A stretch of 56,855 nucleotides of DNA from Octopus sinensis (lineage: Eukaryota), in assembly GCF_006345805.1 (NCBI RefSeq), contig NW_021833934.1, positions 1-56,855 on the forward strand, in the 5' to 3' direction. The position numbers and the translations under genes were made by a program. Numbering within the stretch: position 1 is the first letter of the stretch; every line of letters starts with the position of its first letter. The notes beneath the pieces were generated by a model, which saw only the letters and a list, made by a program, of their open reading frames with translations, was not told the origin of the DNA and made no database searches. This document shows positions 37,932 to 50,734 of this stretch, piece by piece.

Positions 37932-38573
37932 TAAAAGGAGGCACCCAAAAATGACCAGAATCATTGTCTGTGGGACAAGCCCATTGTAGTTCAGGCTTCC
38001 AGTATTAGAAACTACTTGATATGATTCTCAGGTATCAGTCTGCTGACCAGTGGCATCAAGTGGGTACATCTTGGTTTCGCAGTCTTTCTCCTCTGTTTGT
38101 TGATTTTTGCAATGGTTGAATCAAAGGAACAGAATGCTTCTGTGAAATTCTGTTTTCTGCTGGGAGAAATGACGGCTGAAACAGCTGTCATATTTCAAAC
38201 AGAGTATAACGACACTGCCAAGAGCAAAACAAGTTTATAAGTGGTTTTGCTACTTCAGAAATGGTCACTTGAAGACCAACCTTGTTCAGGGCATGTCATA
38301 AACTAAAAGACCGGTTGAAAGATGATGCAGACCTTTTTTCGAAGGGTCATTACTGGTGACAAAAGCTGATGCTATGGAATTTGCAGATGTGGAAGAGGTG
38401 AAGAAAAAAAACGACAGAGGCATCAAACGAAAAAAATGAAAGGCATAAAAAGATGGGAAATGCATTGCTTTAAATGGAGAATACTTTGAAGGCGATAAAA
38501 GTGTAAACATGTAAAACTAAATGAATAAAATAACACTGCAAAATCCAGTTTCTTATGGGTAGCCCTCCATATA
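37932..38573 (+). mobile_element. Internally deleted mariner transposon relic
   Basis: From 38112 MVESKEQNASVKFCFLLG..TAET...YKWF..F..G..LEDQPCSG; then DDADLFSK/VITGDKS*CY and W.KCIALNGEYFEGD; degenerate TIRs ggaggcacccaaaaa / ttatgggtagccctcc. Confidence 0.8.
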
Positions 38574-38602
38574 TGTATGTATATATATATGTATATATAT
38601 AT

Positions 38603-39340
38603 CGTAAAAGCACCATCCGTTTGTGTCCGCTGCCAGCCTTGCCTGGCCCCCGTGCCGGTGGCACGTAAAAGCACCATCCGCTCATGTCCGTTGCCAGCAT
38701 CGCCTGGCCCCCATGCCGGTGGCACGTAAAAGCACCATCTGCACGTGTCGGTTGCCAGCCATGCCTGCCCCCGTCCCAGTGGCACGTAAAAGCACCATCC
38801 GCTCATGTCCGTTGCCAGCCTCGCCTGGCCCCCGTGCCGGTGGCATGTAAAAGCACCATCCGTTCGTGTCGGTTGCCAGCCACACCTGCCCCCGTCCCAG
38901 TGGCACGTAAAAGCACCATCCGCTCATGTCCGTTGCCAGCATCGCCTGGCCACCGTGCCGGTGGTACGTAAAAGCACCATCTGTTCATGTCCGTTGCCAG
39001 CCTCGCCTGGCCCCCGTGCCGGTGGCACGTAAAAGCACCATCCGTTCGTGGCCATTGCCAGCCTCGCCTGGCTCCCATGCTGGTGGCACGTAAAAAAACC
39101 ATCCGTCCATCCGTTTTGCCAGCTCCGTCTGGCACCTGTGCGGGTGGCATGTAAAAAGCACCCACTACACTCAGGAGTGGTTGGCGTTAGGAAGGGCATC
39201 CAGCCGTAGAAACACTGCCAGATCAGACTGGGCCTGATGCAGCCTTCTGGCTTCACAGACCCCAGTTGAACCATCCAACCCACGCTAGCATGGAAAGCGG
39301 ACGCTAAACGATGATGATGATGATAATGATGATGATGATA
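38603..39340 (+). mobile_element. Retroposon family D with nine 60-61-bp internal repeats
   Basis: Repeat starts 38603 to 39089, then core and (ATG)n tail. Confidence 0.85.
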
Positions 39341-39894
39341 TATATATATATAAGTAAACAAATGGAATTGAACACAGATGTTATTCAAATTCTTTTACTT
39401 TCGACATATGTTTCGAAGACAACATTGGCTTTATTCCAAAGGAATAAACGGTGTAAAATAATGTATCTTCTCATCAGGAAAGAAAGAGAACCCATCTCAA
39501 CAACAAGTCATTATAACAGTTTTGATGACTGCATAAATGATAAACAGAATGCTATTAAGTATTTTTTAAATAACCGTTAGTAGATCTGACGTCAAAAGCA
39601 GAACATAGGAAGAAAAGGGGTAAAGAAATAATAAGCAGAGAAGAAATAAAGAGGGATATATTGGTTGAAAAATGTTCAAAGGCTTCAAAGCAAGGTGAAC
39701 TACATGTTCAAACTATATAGATTGTTATAAATCACTTATATGAGTTAAAGGTTTTGTTTCTGCCAGAGCTTACATTTGTAAGATTGCTCTATAAGTTTAT
39801 TAACCAGGTGATTCAAGGTAGAAAGGTATATATATAGATCGTTAGATAGATAGATTGATAGATGGGTAGATAAAGAGATAGTTAGGTAGATAAG

Positions 39895-40370
39895 TTTCTT
39901 TATTGGCCACACAGGGCTGCACACAAATAGGACAAGTTACAAGGTAACTTTTCTTTTGGGGGAGAAAAAAAAAAGGGTGGCGTAGGTTTTCGATCAAAAG
40001 GGATCATAAAAGGGGAAAAGAACAAAAAAAAAGAAAAAAAAAGAAAAAAAAGAAGAAAAAGAAAAAAAAGAACAAAAGAAGAAAAAAAGGAAAAGAAAAA
40101 AAGAGAAAAGGGAAAAAAGAAGAAAAAAGAGGAAAAAAGGGTGAGAGGAAAAAAAAAACGATCAATAGGGATCGTGTATCACAGTGTCATGATGTACGAT
40201 GTAAAGGGGGAAGCAGATAAGGTTTATCCGTGGGAAGAAAAGCCTACGAAAAAGACCCCGGTAACCTTGGTCAATATTGTTATGTGTTACCACATTTGTT
40301 TGCAAGTGGGTAACCGTCTGTTTTCAATTTCTGGGTTCATAGGATTATGCTCAAGGTGGCTTCGTCATGT
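39895..40370 (-). mobile_element. Probable LINE (Tx1/L1-like) 3' UTR
   Basis: Reverse strand has a pyrimidine-rich tract and ends tgtgtggccaataaagaaac; duplicated at ~42724-43190. Confidence 0.4.
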
Positions 40371-40919
40371 AGATAGATAGATATTTAGATAGGCATGTAT
40401 ATAGATATATGTGTGTATTAAAGTATATAGATATGTGTATTTATATATAAATGTATGAATATACTTACATGCATGCATATATATATATACATTTATATGT
40501 GTGTGTATGTGTGTATAAGTATAGGTGTATGTACATGTATATAGATATAGGTATATATATGCGGGCACAAACACACATGTATATATAGATAGGGTTAGGG
40601 CTAATGTTTATATGTATATAGACATGTGTATATGTGTATGTATGTATATATATATATGTATATGAAACATATATATATATGTGTGTATGTGTGTATATAT
40701 ATATATGTGTGTGTGTTTGTGTATATATATGTGTGTGTGTGTGTGTATATATATATACATAACATATATATATACATACATATATATATGCATATATATT
40801 ATATTAAATTAGAGACAAAACCACTATTAGGCAAATCATACAATGAAACACTTAAGCCAATACATAAGATTATTTAATTTATATGCATATATATATATAC
40901 ATAACATATATATATATAT

Positions 40920-40956
<37 letters not shown>

Positions 40957-43724
40957 ATACATACATACATATATATATATATATATTATATATATATATA
41001 CATACATACATATATATATATATATACATACATACATATATATAACGGGAAGCTTTATGAAAATAAACAAAAGACGAAGGCAGGTGGAAAACAAACGAAC
41101 AATTGTATTAGTATGGCGCTCAGGAAATATAAATAAAAACAGCTGTCATATTTCAAACAGAGTATAACGACACTGCCAAGAGCAAAACAAGTTTATAAGT
41201 GGTTTTGCTACTTCAGAAATGGTCACTTGAAGACCAACCTTGTTCAGGGCATGTCATAAACTAAAAGACCGGTTGAAAGATGATGCAGACCTTTTTTCGA
41301 AGGGTCATTACTGGTGACAAAAGCTGATGCTATGGAATTTGCAGATGTGGAAGAGGTGAAGAAAAAAAACGACAGAGGCATCAAACGAAAAAAATGAAAG
41401 GCATAAAAAGATGGGAAATGCATTGCTTTAAATGGAGAATACTTTGAAGGCGATAAAAGTGTAAACATGTAAACTAAATGAATAAATAACAACGCAGCTG
41501 CAAAATCCAGTTTCTTATGGGTAGCCCTCCATATATGTATGTATATATATATGTATATATATTCGTAAAAGCACCATCCGTTTGTGTCCGCTGCCAGCCT
41601 TGCCTGGCCCCCGTGCCGGTGGCACGTAAAAGCACCATCCGCTCATGTCCGTTGCCAGCATCGCCTGGCCCCCATGCCGGTGGCACGTAAAAGCACCATC
41701 TGCACGTGTCGGTTGCCAGCCATGCCTGCCCCCGTCCCAGTGGCACGTAAAAGCACCATCCGCTCATGTCCGTTGCCAGCATCGCCTGGCCACCGTGCCG
41801 GTGGTACGTAAAAGCACCATCTGTTCATGTCCGTTGCCAGCCTCGCCTGGCCCCCGTGCCGGTGGCACGTAAAAGCACCATCCGTTCGTGGCCATTGCCA
41901 GCCTCGCCTGGCTCCCATGCTGGTGGCACGTAAAAAGCACCATCCGTCCATGGCCGTTTGCCAGCTCCGTCTGGCACCTGTGCGGGTGGCATGTAAAAAG
42001 CACCCACTACACTCATGGAGTGGTTGGCGTTAGGAAGGGCATCCAGCCGTAGAAACACTGCCAGATCAGACTGGGCCTGATGCAGCCTTCTGGCTTCACA
42101 GACCCCAGTTGAACCATCCAACCCACGCTAGCATGGAAAGCGGACGCTAAACGATGATGATGATGATAATGATGATGATGATATATATATATAAGTAAAC
42201 AAATGGAATTGAACACAGATGTTATTCAATTCTTTTACTTTCGACATATGTTTCGAAGACAACATGGCTTATTCCAAAGGAATAAACGGTGTAAAATAAT
42301 GTATCTTCTCATCAGGAAAGAAAGAGAACCCATCTCAACAACAGTCATTATAACAGTTTTGATGACTGCATAAATGATAAACAGAATGCTATTAAGTATT
42401 TTTAAATAACCGTAGTATGATCTGACGTCAAAAGCAGAACATAGGAAAAAAGGGGTAAAGAAATAAGCAGAGAAGAAATAAAGAGGGATATATTGGTTGA
42501 AAAATGTTCAAAGGCTTCAAAGCAAGGTGAACTACATGTTCAAACTATATAGATTGTTATAAATCACTTATATGAGTTAAGGTTTTGTTTCTGCCAGAGC
42601 TTACATTTGTAAGATTGCTCTATAAGTTTATTAACCAGGTGATTCAAGGTAGAAAGGTATATATATAGATCGTTAGATAGATAGATTGATAGATGGGTAG
42701 ATAAAGAGATAGTTAGGTAGATAAGTTTCTTTATTGGCCACACAGGGCTGCACACAAATAGGACAAGTTACAAGGTAACTTTTCTTTTGGGGGAGAAAAA
42801 AAAAAAGGGTGGCGTAGGTTTTCGATCAAAAGGGATCATAAAAGGGAAAAAGAAACAAAAAGAAAGAAAAAAGAGAAAAAAGAAGAAAAAAAGGAAAAGA
42901 AAAAAAGAGAAAAGGGAAAAAAGAAAAAAGGGAAAAAAGAAGAAAAAAGAGGAAAAAAGGGTGAGAGGAAAAAAAAACGATCAATAGGGATCGTGTATCA
43001 CAGTGTCATGATGTATGGTGTAAAGGGGAAAGCAAGTAAGGTTTATCCGTGGGAAGAAAAGCCTACGAAAAAGACCCCGGTAACCTTGGTCAATTTGTTA
43101 TGTGTTTACCACATTTGTTTGCAAGTGGGTAACCGTCTGTTTTCAATTTCTGGGTTCATAGGATTATGCTCAAGGTGGCTTCGTCATGTAGATAGATAGA
43201 TATTTAGATAGGCATGTATATAGATATATGTGTGTATTAAAGTATATAGATATGTGTATTTATATATAAATGTATGAATATACTTACATGCATGCATATA
43301 TATATATACATTTATATGTGTGTGTATGTGTGTATAAGTATAGGTGTATGTACATGTATATAGATATAGGTATATATATGCGGACACAACACCATGTATA
43401 TATAGATAGGGTTAGGGCTAATGTTTATATTATATAGACATGTGTATATGTGTATGTATTATATATATATGTATATGAACATATATATATAGTGTGTTAT
43501 GTGTATATATATATATGTGTGTGTGTTTGTGTATATATGTGTGTGTTTGTATATTATATATATACATAACAATATATATACATACATATATATATGCATA
43601 TATATTATATTAAATTAGAGACAAAACCACTATTAGGCAAATCATACAATGAAAAACTTAAGCCCATACATAAGATTATTTAATTTATATGCATATATAT
43701 ATATACATAACATATATTATATAT

Positions 43725-43768
<44 letters not shown>

Positions 43769-43839
43769 TATATATATAATTATACATACATATATATATA
43801 TAATATATATTATATTATATATATACAATATTATATACA

Positions 43840-43873
<34 letters not shown>

Positions 43874-43894
43874 ATATATATATATATATGTATG

Positions 43895-43927
<33 letters not shown>

Positions 43928-43933
43928 GTATGT

Positions 43934-43976
<43 letters not shown>

Positions 43977-44603
43977 CACACATACTTAATATACACATAG
44001 ATGAAGAAACAACACGTACACACAATATATATGTCATTCTATCTCTTCCTCCTTCTCTACTTCAAACATTTTCTGTCATCTTTTGGTCGTATTTTCTGAT
44101 TCATCAATATCTCTTTTATCCTCAAGCTTGTCCGAGTGAATACGTGAATGCTTACCTTGTTTGACTTTTGATCAAAGACCTCCTCCAGCTCTTACCATTT
44201 ACTTTCCTTTTTGTTTCATGTTGGACTTGTGGGACAATGTTTGTTTTTATATTTCATCATGTTGAAAGAAGCCTTAAATATACAGCTTTATTTTATCATA
44301 AATAGCCACAATTTTCTGTTTATTATCTTTTCTGGTCTCTTAGACAGCATTATGTTATCTGATTTCTAGATCTTGTTTGCTCTGAATCTATTTCTTAACA
44401 AACGTGTCCAGTCGTTTTGACACTCTTGCCTTACATAAGTAAGTTTGCCTGTAGTGTTGAAACTGCTATGGCTTTTAAAATGACAGGCTTTGAGGGGTTC
44501 TTAGTTTTTGTTTATTTTCTTCGGCTTCATTTGTAATGGGGATTGCTGTGTTCGCTCTGTTCTTGCTATAACATGTGTGCATCCACACACACACAGACAG
44601 ACA

Positions 44604-44644
<41 letters not shown>

Positions 44645-44645
<1 letters not shown>

Positions 44646-45105
44646 AGGCAGCATCCAGCCATAGAAACCATACCAAATCAGACTGGAACCTAATGCAGCT
44701 TGCCAGCTCCTGTCAAGCTGAACAATCCACTCTGGCATAGACAATGGATGTTAAATAATGATGATGATGATGATGATGTGATGATGATGTTGATGATGAT
44801 GATGTTGATGATGATGATGATGCTGATGATGGTGATGATGGTGATGATGGTGATGATGACGATGATGATGATGATGACAACGATGATGATGATGAGGATG
44901 ATGATGATGATGATGATTGTGATGATGATGATGATGATGATTGTGATGATGATGGTGATGATGACGACGACGACGACGACGATGATGATGATGATGATGT
45001 TGATGATGATGATGATGATGATGATTGTGATGATGATGATGATAATGATGATGATGATGATGATAATAATAATAATAATAATGTTGATGATGATGATGAT
45101 GATGC
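44645..45105 (+). repeat. D-like retroposon tail extended into a ~350-bp (ATG)n tract
   Basis: gcatccagccatagaaacc...ggatgttaaa then (gat)n 44756-45105. Confidence 0.85.
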
Positions 45106-45401
45106 CGATATGCACATATTTATATATATATATATATATATATATGCATATATGTATATAAGCATATATATATATATATATATATAATTTGATTAATGAG
45201 TGAGATGGAAGATGGAAGATACAAGAAGATTTATTGATCACTACAACTGTTTCGACCCATCTAGCACTGGACGCTGAGAAAGTGAATGTGCTTTACTGGT
45301 AAACTATCAGGTGTATACCATATGATGTATTAACTTAAGCTTATATATATATATAAATACACACACACACACACGTATATATATATACGTGTGTGTGTAT
45401 A

Positions 45402-45424
<23 letters not shown>

Positions 45425-45433
<9 letters not shown>

Positions 45434-45580
45434 CCGGAGTAAACACATAAATGTGAAACAAGGTGGAAAAAAGAGTACTCTAATACCAGGGGTAGAGTAA
45501 TATGCTTTATTTAAAGCAACAGAAAATTCAACAAAACCTGAGTTTCCCGTTGCCGTTCGTCGGACAGTTTTTGCTAGCAG
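45425..45580 (-). mobile_element. PLE pseudo-LTR fragment (same family as 50.5 kb) with partial hammerhead
   Basis: Reverse of 45541-45567: ctgt ccgacga acg-gcaa-cgg gaaac tc. Confidence 0.6.
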
Positions 45581-45892
45581 AAAAGTATATATATATATAT
45601 ATATATGTAATTAAGTATATATGAGTTAGAGGTTATACAACCATCTAAGGGATAATAAATATCCAGTATACTACTAGCTGGATGCCTATTTATATCCAAA
45701 TGCTTACTGTTGGAAGACAATCATACAATTGAATAATAGGTATAAATGGAGGTAAATAATAACTAATAAATTATAGAGTTGTATTTATTTATTTATTCCT
45801 ATGATTCTAATAATAAATATATATGTTGCTGATGTTTATCAGTTGAATCACTCCTCCATTTTCTTCTTCACTGTATATATATATATTTAAAC

Positions 45893-46262
45893 ATTAGCTT
45901 CAAGGTTCATCCAAGACTGGGGCCACGGGCCATACGTCCCCTGCCCAATTCAAGATCACAACATACATGTACACTGCAACATAATCTCTTTTCCTCAACA
46001 GGCCCTGCCCTATTTAACATTGTCCCGAGGGAGATCAAAGAGGAAAAGGATCCCATCAACTTTAAACGGAGTCTGGATAGATTCCTTCAAAGAATACCAG
46101 ATAAGCCACCCATAATTGGATACAACTCACCCAACAAGAACTCACTACTTGAACAAAACTTGACTTAAACAGGATTCGAATAATCCTATCAGGTGGTGCT
46201 ATTAAGTTAGACATGGCCTGGACCAATCTTTGGTCGAAACATATCTAAGTTTATCTAAGTAT
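45893..46262 (+). mobile_element. CR1-group LINE 3' end, second family
   Basis: Open frame 45893-46168 ...FSSTGPALFNIVPREIK...FKRSLDRFLQRIPDKP..GY..PNKNSL; terminal hairpin gacca-atctt-tggtc and atctaagt repeats. Confidence 0.7.
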
Positions 46263-46656
46263 ATATATACATATATATATATGTATATATATATATGTAT
46301 ATATGTATGTATGTATGTATGTGTTTATATATAGTGTAGGTATCAGTTAGAGGAGTTTAAAACCTCTAAGGGATAATCAAATCCAAAGGTACTCCTGGTG
46401 ATTACCTGAGCAGGTAGAGTCCTTTGTAAAGTTATACGGTAGCAGGTAATTCGGCAGGTAAACAGTAGTTTAGATTATATACGAGAAGAAAATGGAGGTA
46501 AATAACAAGGAGAAAATCATCGTTTTCGCTTGTATGTCCTTAATTTAATTAATTAACAAAGAAGATGGTAACACTTACGATCTTTTCAATTTACTAGTTT
46601 TAGTAAATGTCTTCAGAAAACGGAAAATAAATATATACATTGGTAATGGTAATAAA

Positions 46657-47273
46657 GGCGAGCTGGCAGAGTCGTTAGTACGCCGGGCGAAATGCTTAAC
46701 AGTATTTCGTCTGTCTTTACGTTCTGAGTTCAAATTCCGCCGAGGTCGACTTTGCTTTTCATCCTCTCGGGGTCGATAAATAAAGTACCAGTTACGCACT
46801 GGGGTCGATATAATCGACTTAATCCGTTTGTCTGTCCTTGTTTGTCCTCTCTGTGTTTAACCCCTTGTGGGTAGTAAAGAAATAGAAATAGGTATTTCGT
46901 CTGTCTTTACGTTCTGAGTTCAAATTCCGCCGAGGTCGACTTTGCCTTTCATCCTTTCGGGGTCGATAAATTAACTACCAGTTATGCACTGGCGTCGGTG
47001 TAATCGACTTAATCCGTTTGTCTGTCCTTGTTTGTCCTCTCTGTGTTTAACACCTTGTGGGTAATAAAGAAATAGATATTTCGTCTGTTTGTATATTCTG
47101 AGTTCAAATTCCGCCGATATATTTGGATATTTGTAAAGACATACTACAATCCTTTCGGGGTCGACAAATAAAGTACCAGTTACGCACTGGAGGTCGATAT
47201 AATCGACTTAATCCGTTTGTCTGTCCTTCTTTGTCCTCTCTATGTTTAACCCCTTGTGGGTAGTAAAGAAATA
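46657..47273 (+). mobile_element. SINE family C multimer (head plus 3 bodies) within one 15-bp TSD
   Basis: TSD ggtaatggtaataaa at 46642-46656 and 47274-47288. Confidence 0.85.
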
Positions 47274-47684
47274 GGTAATGGTAATAAAGTCAAAATTTGT
47301 CAGTCATTCAAAATATTTTGTTCTTAAGTCGATTATTCTGCTGGGGAGTGGATTTCATTGCAGTAGATTGGTTATTTTATGGTTCCGCTGGGTAATTAAA
47401 GAGGAGTGTACATTATTTTGGTGTGGAATCCTGAGTTTTAATCAACGGCGAGTTTTAGTCACCAGCGGTCTAAGGGGAGATAACTTACTTAGGGTGAAAG
47501 TTGAGCTGGCTCAAATCTGGGTGGTTTAAAATTATGTTATGGCTAAAGTTTAGGAGGCTCATAATGATAAAAGGGGCCTTATGTAGGTGTAAAGTAAATT
47601 ATTATGGAATGTGGTGGACGGGTGGGGTTTGGGGTGACTGTTTATGTGTAAGTGTTTAATGTGGTTCCCAGCTCATTAGACTTA

Positions 47685-48995
47685 TATAGATGACACCCAT
47701 AAAATTATTAACCATCTTACAAACAATATCTCTGAGCGCCTTTTCAAACTCCACCTGTCTAACACCCGTGGACATGTTTACAAAGCACAGCTCCCATGAC
47801 TTTCAGAAACATTTCTTCATGCTAAGAGTTGCTGAAGCATGGAACAGACTGCCGGCATTAGTTGTTAGCTGTCGGAGCACTGCATCCTTCAAAACTTCTA
47901 TGCTTTCTGAGATTCGCCAACACTACACCTGATTTTCTCCCCTCCATACACACAAGCAAGCATGTATCTGACAACCAAGAGAATACCCTCCATCAGGCAT
48001 TTGCCATATTCTGAACGCCTTACTTCCCTGGGCATGGACACATTGAAACTCCGATGTCTGGCAGCTGACTTGGCAGACACCCATAAAATTATTAACCATC
48101 TTACAAAAAAATAACTCTGAGCACCTTTTCAAACTCCACCTGTCTAACACCCGTGGACATATTTACAAAGTCAGAAAACAGCACAGCTCCCATGACTTTA
48201 GGAAACATTTCTTCACGCTGAGAGTTGCTGAAGCATGGAACAGACTGCCGGCATCAGTTGTTAGTTGTCGGAGCACTGCATCCTTCAAACCTTCCATGTT
48301 TCCTGAGATTCGCCAACACTACACCTGATTTTCTCCCCTCCATACACACAGGAGAGCATGTATCTGACTCATACACTGTTCACTTCCCAGACATTTGTAC
48401 ATTACTGCATATGCAAGACACCCATAAAATTATTAATTATAAAATTATAAAATTAAGGCAGACACCAATAAAATGATTAACCATCTTACAAACAATAACT
48501 CTGAGCACCTTTTCAAACTCCACTTGTCTAACACCCGTGGACATGTTTACAAAGTCAGAAAACAGCACAGCTCCCATGACTTTAGGAAACATTTTTTCAC
48601 GCTAAGAGTTGCTGAAGCATGGAACAGTCTGCCGGCATCAGTTGGTGGTTGTCAGAGCATTGCATCCTTCAAAACTTCCATGCTTCCTGAGATTCGCCAA
48701 CACTACACCTGATTTTCTCCCCTCCATACACACGCTGAAGCATGGAACAAACTGCCGGCATCAATTGTTTGTTGTCAGAGCACTGCATCCTTCAAAACTT
48801 CCATGCTTTCTGAGATTCGCCAACACTACACCTGATTTTCTCTCCTCCATACACACGCAAGCATGTATCTGACTCATACACTGTTCACCTCCCAGACATT
48901 TATACATCACTGCATATGCTTTATACACGCTTTTGACAAGTTGTGGTGCACCTGAGCACTGTATACAATAATTTCATTATTATTATTATTATTAT
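47685..48995 (+). mobile_element. Four overlapping tandem CR1 3'-end fragments, one (TTA)n tail
   Basis: Repeated NTRGH.YKVRKQHSSHDFRKHFFTLRVAEAWN..LP blocks at ~47.7, 48.0, 48.46 and 48.73 kb. Confidence 0.85.
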
Positions 48996-49140
48996 GTTAG
49001 TGTAGGATTTGTAGAGGGTACTACAATTTTACCGATGCTTTGAAAAGGCAAAGAGGACTACATGAAGACAAACAATATTTCAACACTACGTCTGTCTTTG
49101 TCAAATTCAAAATAATTCCAGAAATTTAAACATAAAGTAT

Positions 49141-49473
49141 AGGCGCAGGAGTGGCTGTGTGGTAAGTAGCTTGCTTACCAACCACATGGTTCCGGGTTCA
49201 GTCCCACTGCGTGGCACCTTGGCCAAGTGTCTTCTGCTATAGCCTCAGACCGACCAAAGCCTTGTGAGTGGATTTGGTAGATGGAAACTGAAAAGAAGCC
49301 TGTGCGGGTGGCACGTAAAAAGCACCCACTACACTCGCGGAGTGGTTGGCGTTAGGAAGGGCATCCAGCCGTAGAAACTCTGCCAGATCAGACTGGAGCC
49401 TGGTGCAGCCTCCTGGCTTCACAGACCCCAGTTGAACCATCCAACCCATGCTAGCATGGAAAACGGACGCTAA

Positions 49474-49505
<32 letters not shown>

Positions 49506-49745
49506 ATATATATATATATGCGTGTGTATGTTTGTGTGTCTATGTTTGTCCCCCTAGCATTGCTTGACAACCGATGCTGGTGTGTTTACGTCCCCGTCAC
49601 TTAGCGGTTCGGCAAAAGAGATCGATAGAATAAGTACTGGGCTTACAAAAAGAATAAGTCCCGGGGTCGTTTTGCTCGACTAAAGGCGGTGCTCCAGCAT
49701 GGCTGCAGTCAAATGACTGAAACAAGTAAGAGAGTAAAGCGTAAA
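49141..49745 (+). mobile_element. SINE A head + D element + SINE A tail composite
   Basis: A head/core ends gaaactgaaaagaagcc (~49298), D body to (ATG)n at ~49505, then A tail. Confidence 0.8.
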
Positions 49746-50005
49746 GAGAGTAAGGAGTAAAGTATGAACAAGAGCAAGTAGCGTCCACACGTTGATGGAA
49801 CAACATCATAAATTTTTAAGTTGCAATTTCATAACAGGTGTAAAGCAAAAGACAGAAAAAGGGTGACAGAAGAAAAGGAAAGAAAAAGAGAGAAAGAAGA
49901 ATATTTAATCAAGCAGCTTTGTATAAATTTGATGATATTCTCCTGTCATCTTATTCATTCCTCCAGGGCATGATATTAATAACATGCAAACATATTTCTC
50001 TTCAT

Positions 50006-50456
50006 ACATTCTGAGAAGTGAAAGCGAAAGTAGATTCAGAATATTTTCTGAGAATATGCACTTTCAAGTCTTCTTCAAAATTGCAACCGCTTGAAACGAA
50101 ATGTTCAGCAAGTTCCGTTGAACTACTGTTATTGTGCCTGACGTCGAATCTGTGCCCATTAAACCTTTTGTTTAATTGTTCCGTTGTGCAATCAACACAA
50201 ATTAAGTTGTGTTTCGTGCATTCTGCAGCGTGCACCAAATGGGAATCTTTACATGTTCCACCTTCTGTACAAATCATAACATTTCGGTTATGATTTCTGA
50301 TGGAATTCAATTCACTCATGTTGTTGCACAATGAACAGGGCTTACTTCTCTTGCGGCTGTTCTTTAAGGTACAGCGTGTAGATACTCCAATGTTCGTTTT
50401 CTTGGAGTCGCAAATACATATATACAGTCCTACCTAAAATAAATAAATACATAGAT
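50006..50456 (-). mobile_element. Penelope GIY-YIG endonuclease relic (longer copy)
   Basis: ORF 50002-50331: GGTCKDSHLVHAAECTKHNLICVDCTTEQLNKRFNGHRFDVRH...TELAEHFVSSGCNFEEDLKVHIL. Confidence 0.8.
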
Positions 50457-50473
50457 ATATATATATATATATA

Positions 50474-50685
50474 TACTTTATTTAAAAGCAGCAGAAATTC
50501 AACAAAAGCTGTTACTCGGAGTTTCACGTTCCCGTTTGTCGGAAACTGTCCGATGAACGGGAACATGAAATGTTGAGTAACAGGTTTTATTGAATTTTCT
50601 GCTGCTTTAAATAAAGCATATTACTCTACCCCTGGTATTTGAGTACTCTTTTTTCCACCTTGTTTCACATTTATGTGTTTACTCC

Positions 50686-50734
<49 letters not shown>

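Larger units (their letters stand above)
38179..43960 (+). repeat. Tandem duplication of a ~2.9-kb segment (38179-41040 and 41137-43960)
   Basis: Colinear copies of the mariner relic, D element, 550-bp segment, LINE UTR and microsatellites; offset 2958 at the start. Confidence 0.92.

Noticed and set aside
38423-39388. GC-rich ORFs with WCFYVPPA / RMVLLRATG repeats
   Set aside because: Translation of the 60-61-bp internal repeats of retroposon D
44030-44470. Possible Tc1 transposase remnant (RAGGG on the minus strand)
   Set aside because: Single short motif amid stops; no DDE context or TIR
44690-45241. Poly-Met/Ile/Ser ORFs
   Set aside because: Products of the (ATG)n tract
46205-46260. gacca-atctt-tggtc-gaaac as a hammerhead
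   Set aside because: No CUGANGA-like core upstream; better explained as a CR1-type terminal hairpin with short tail repeats
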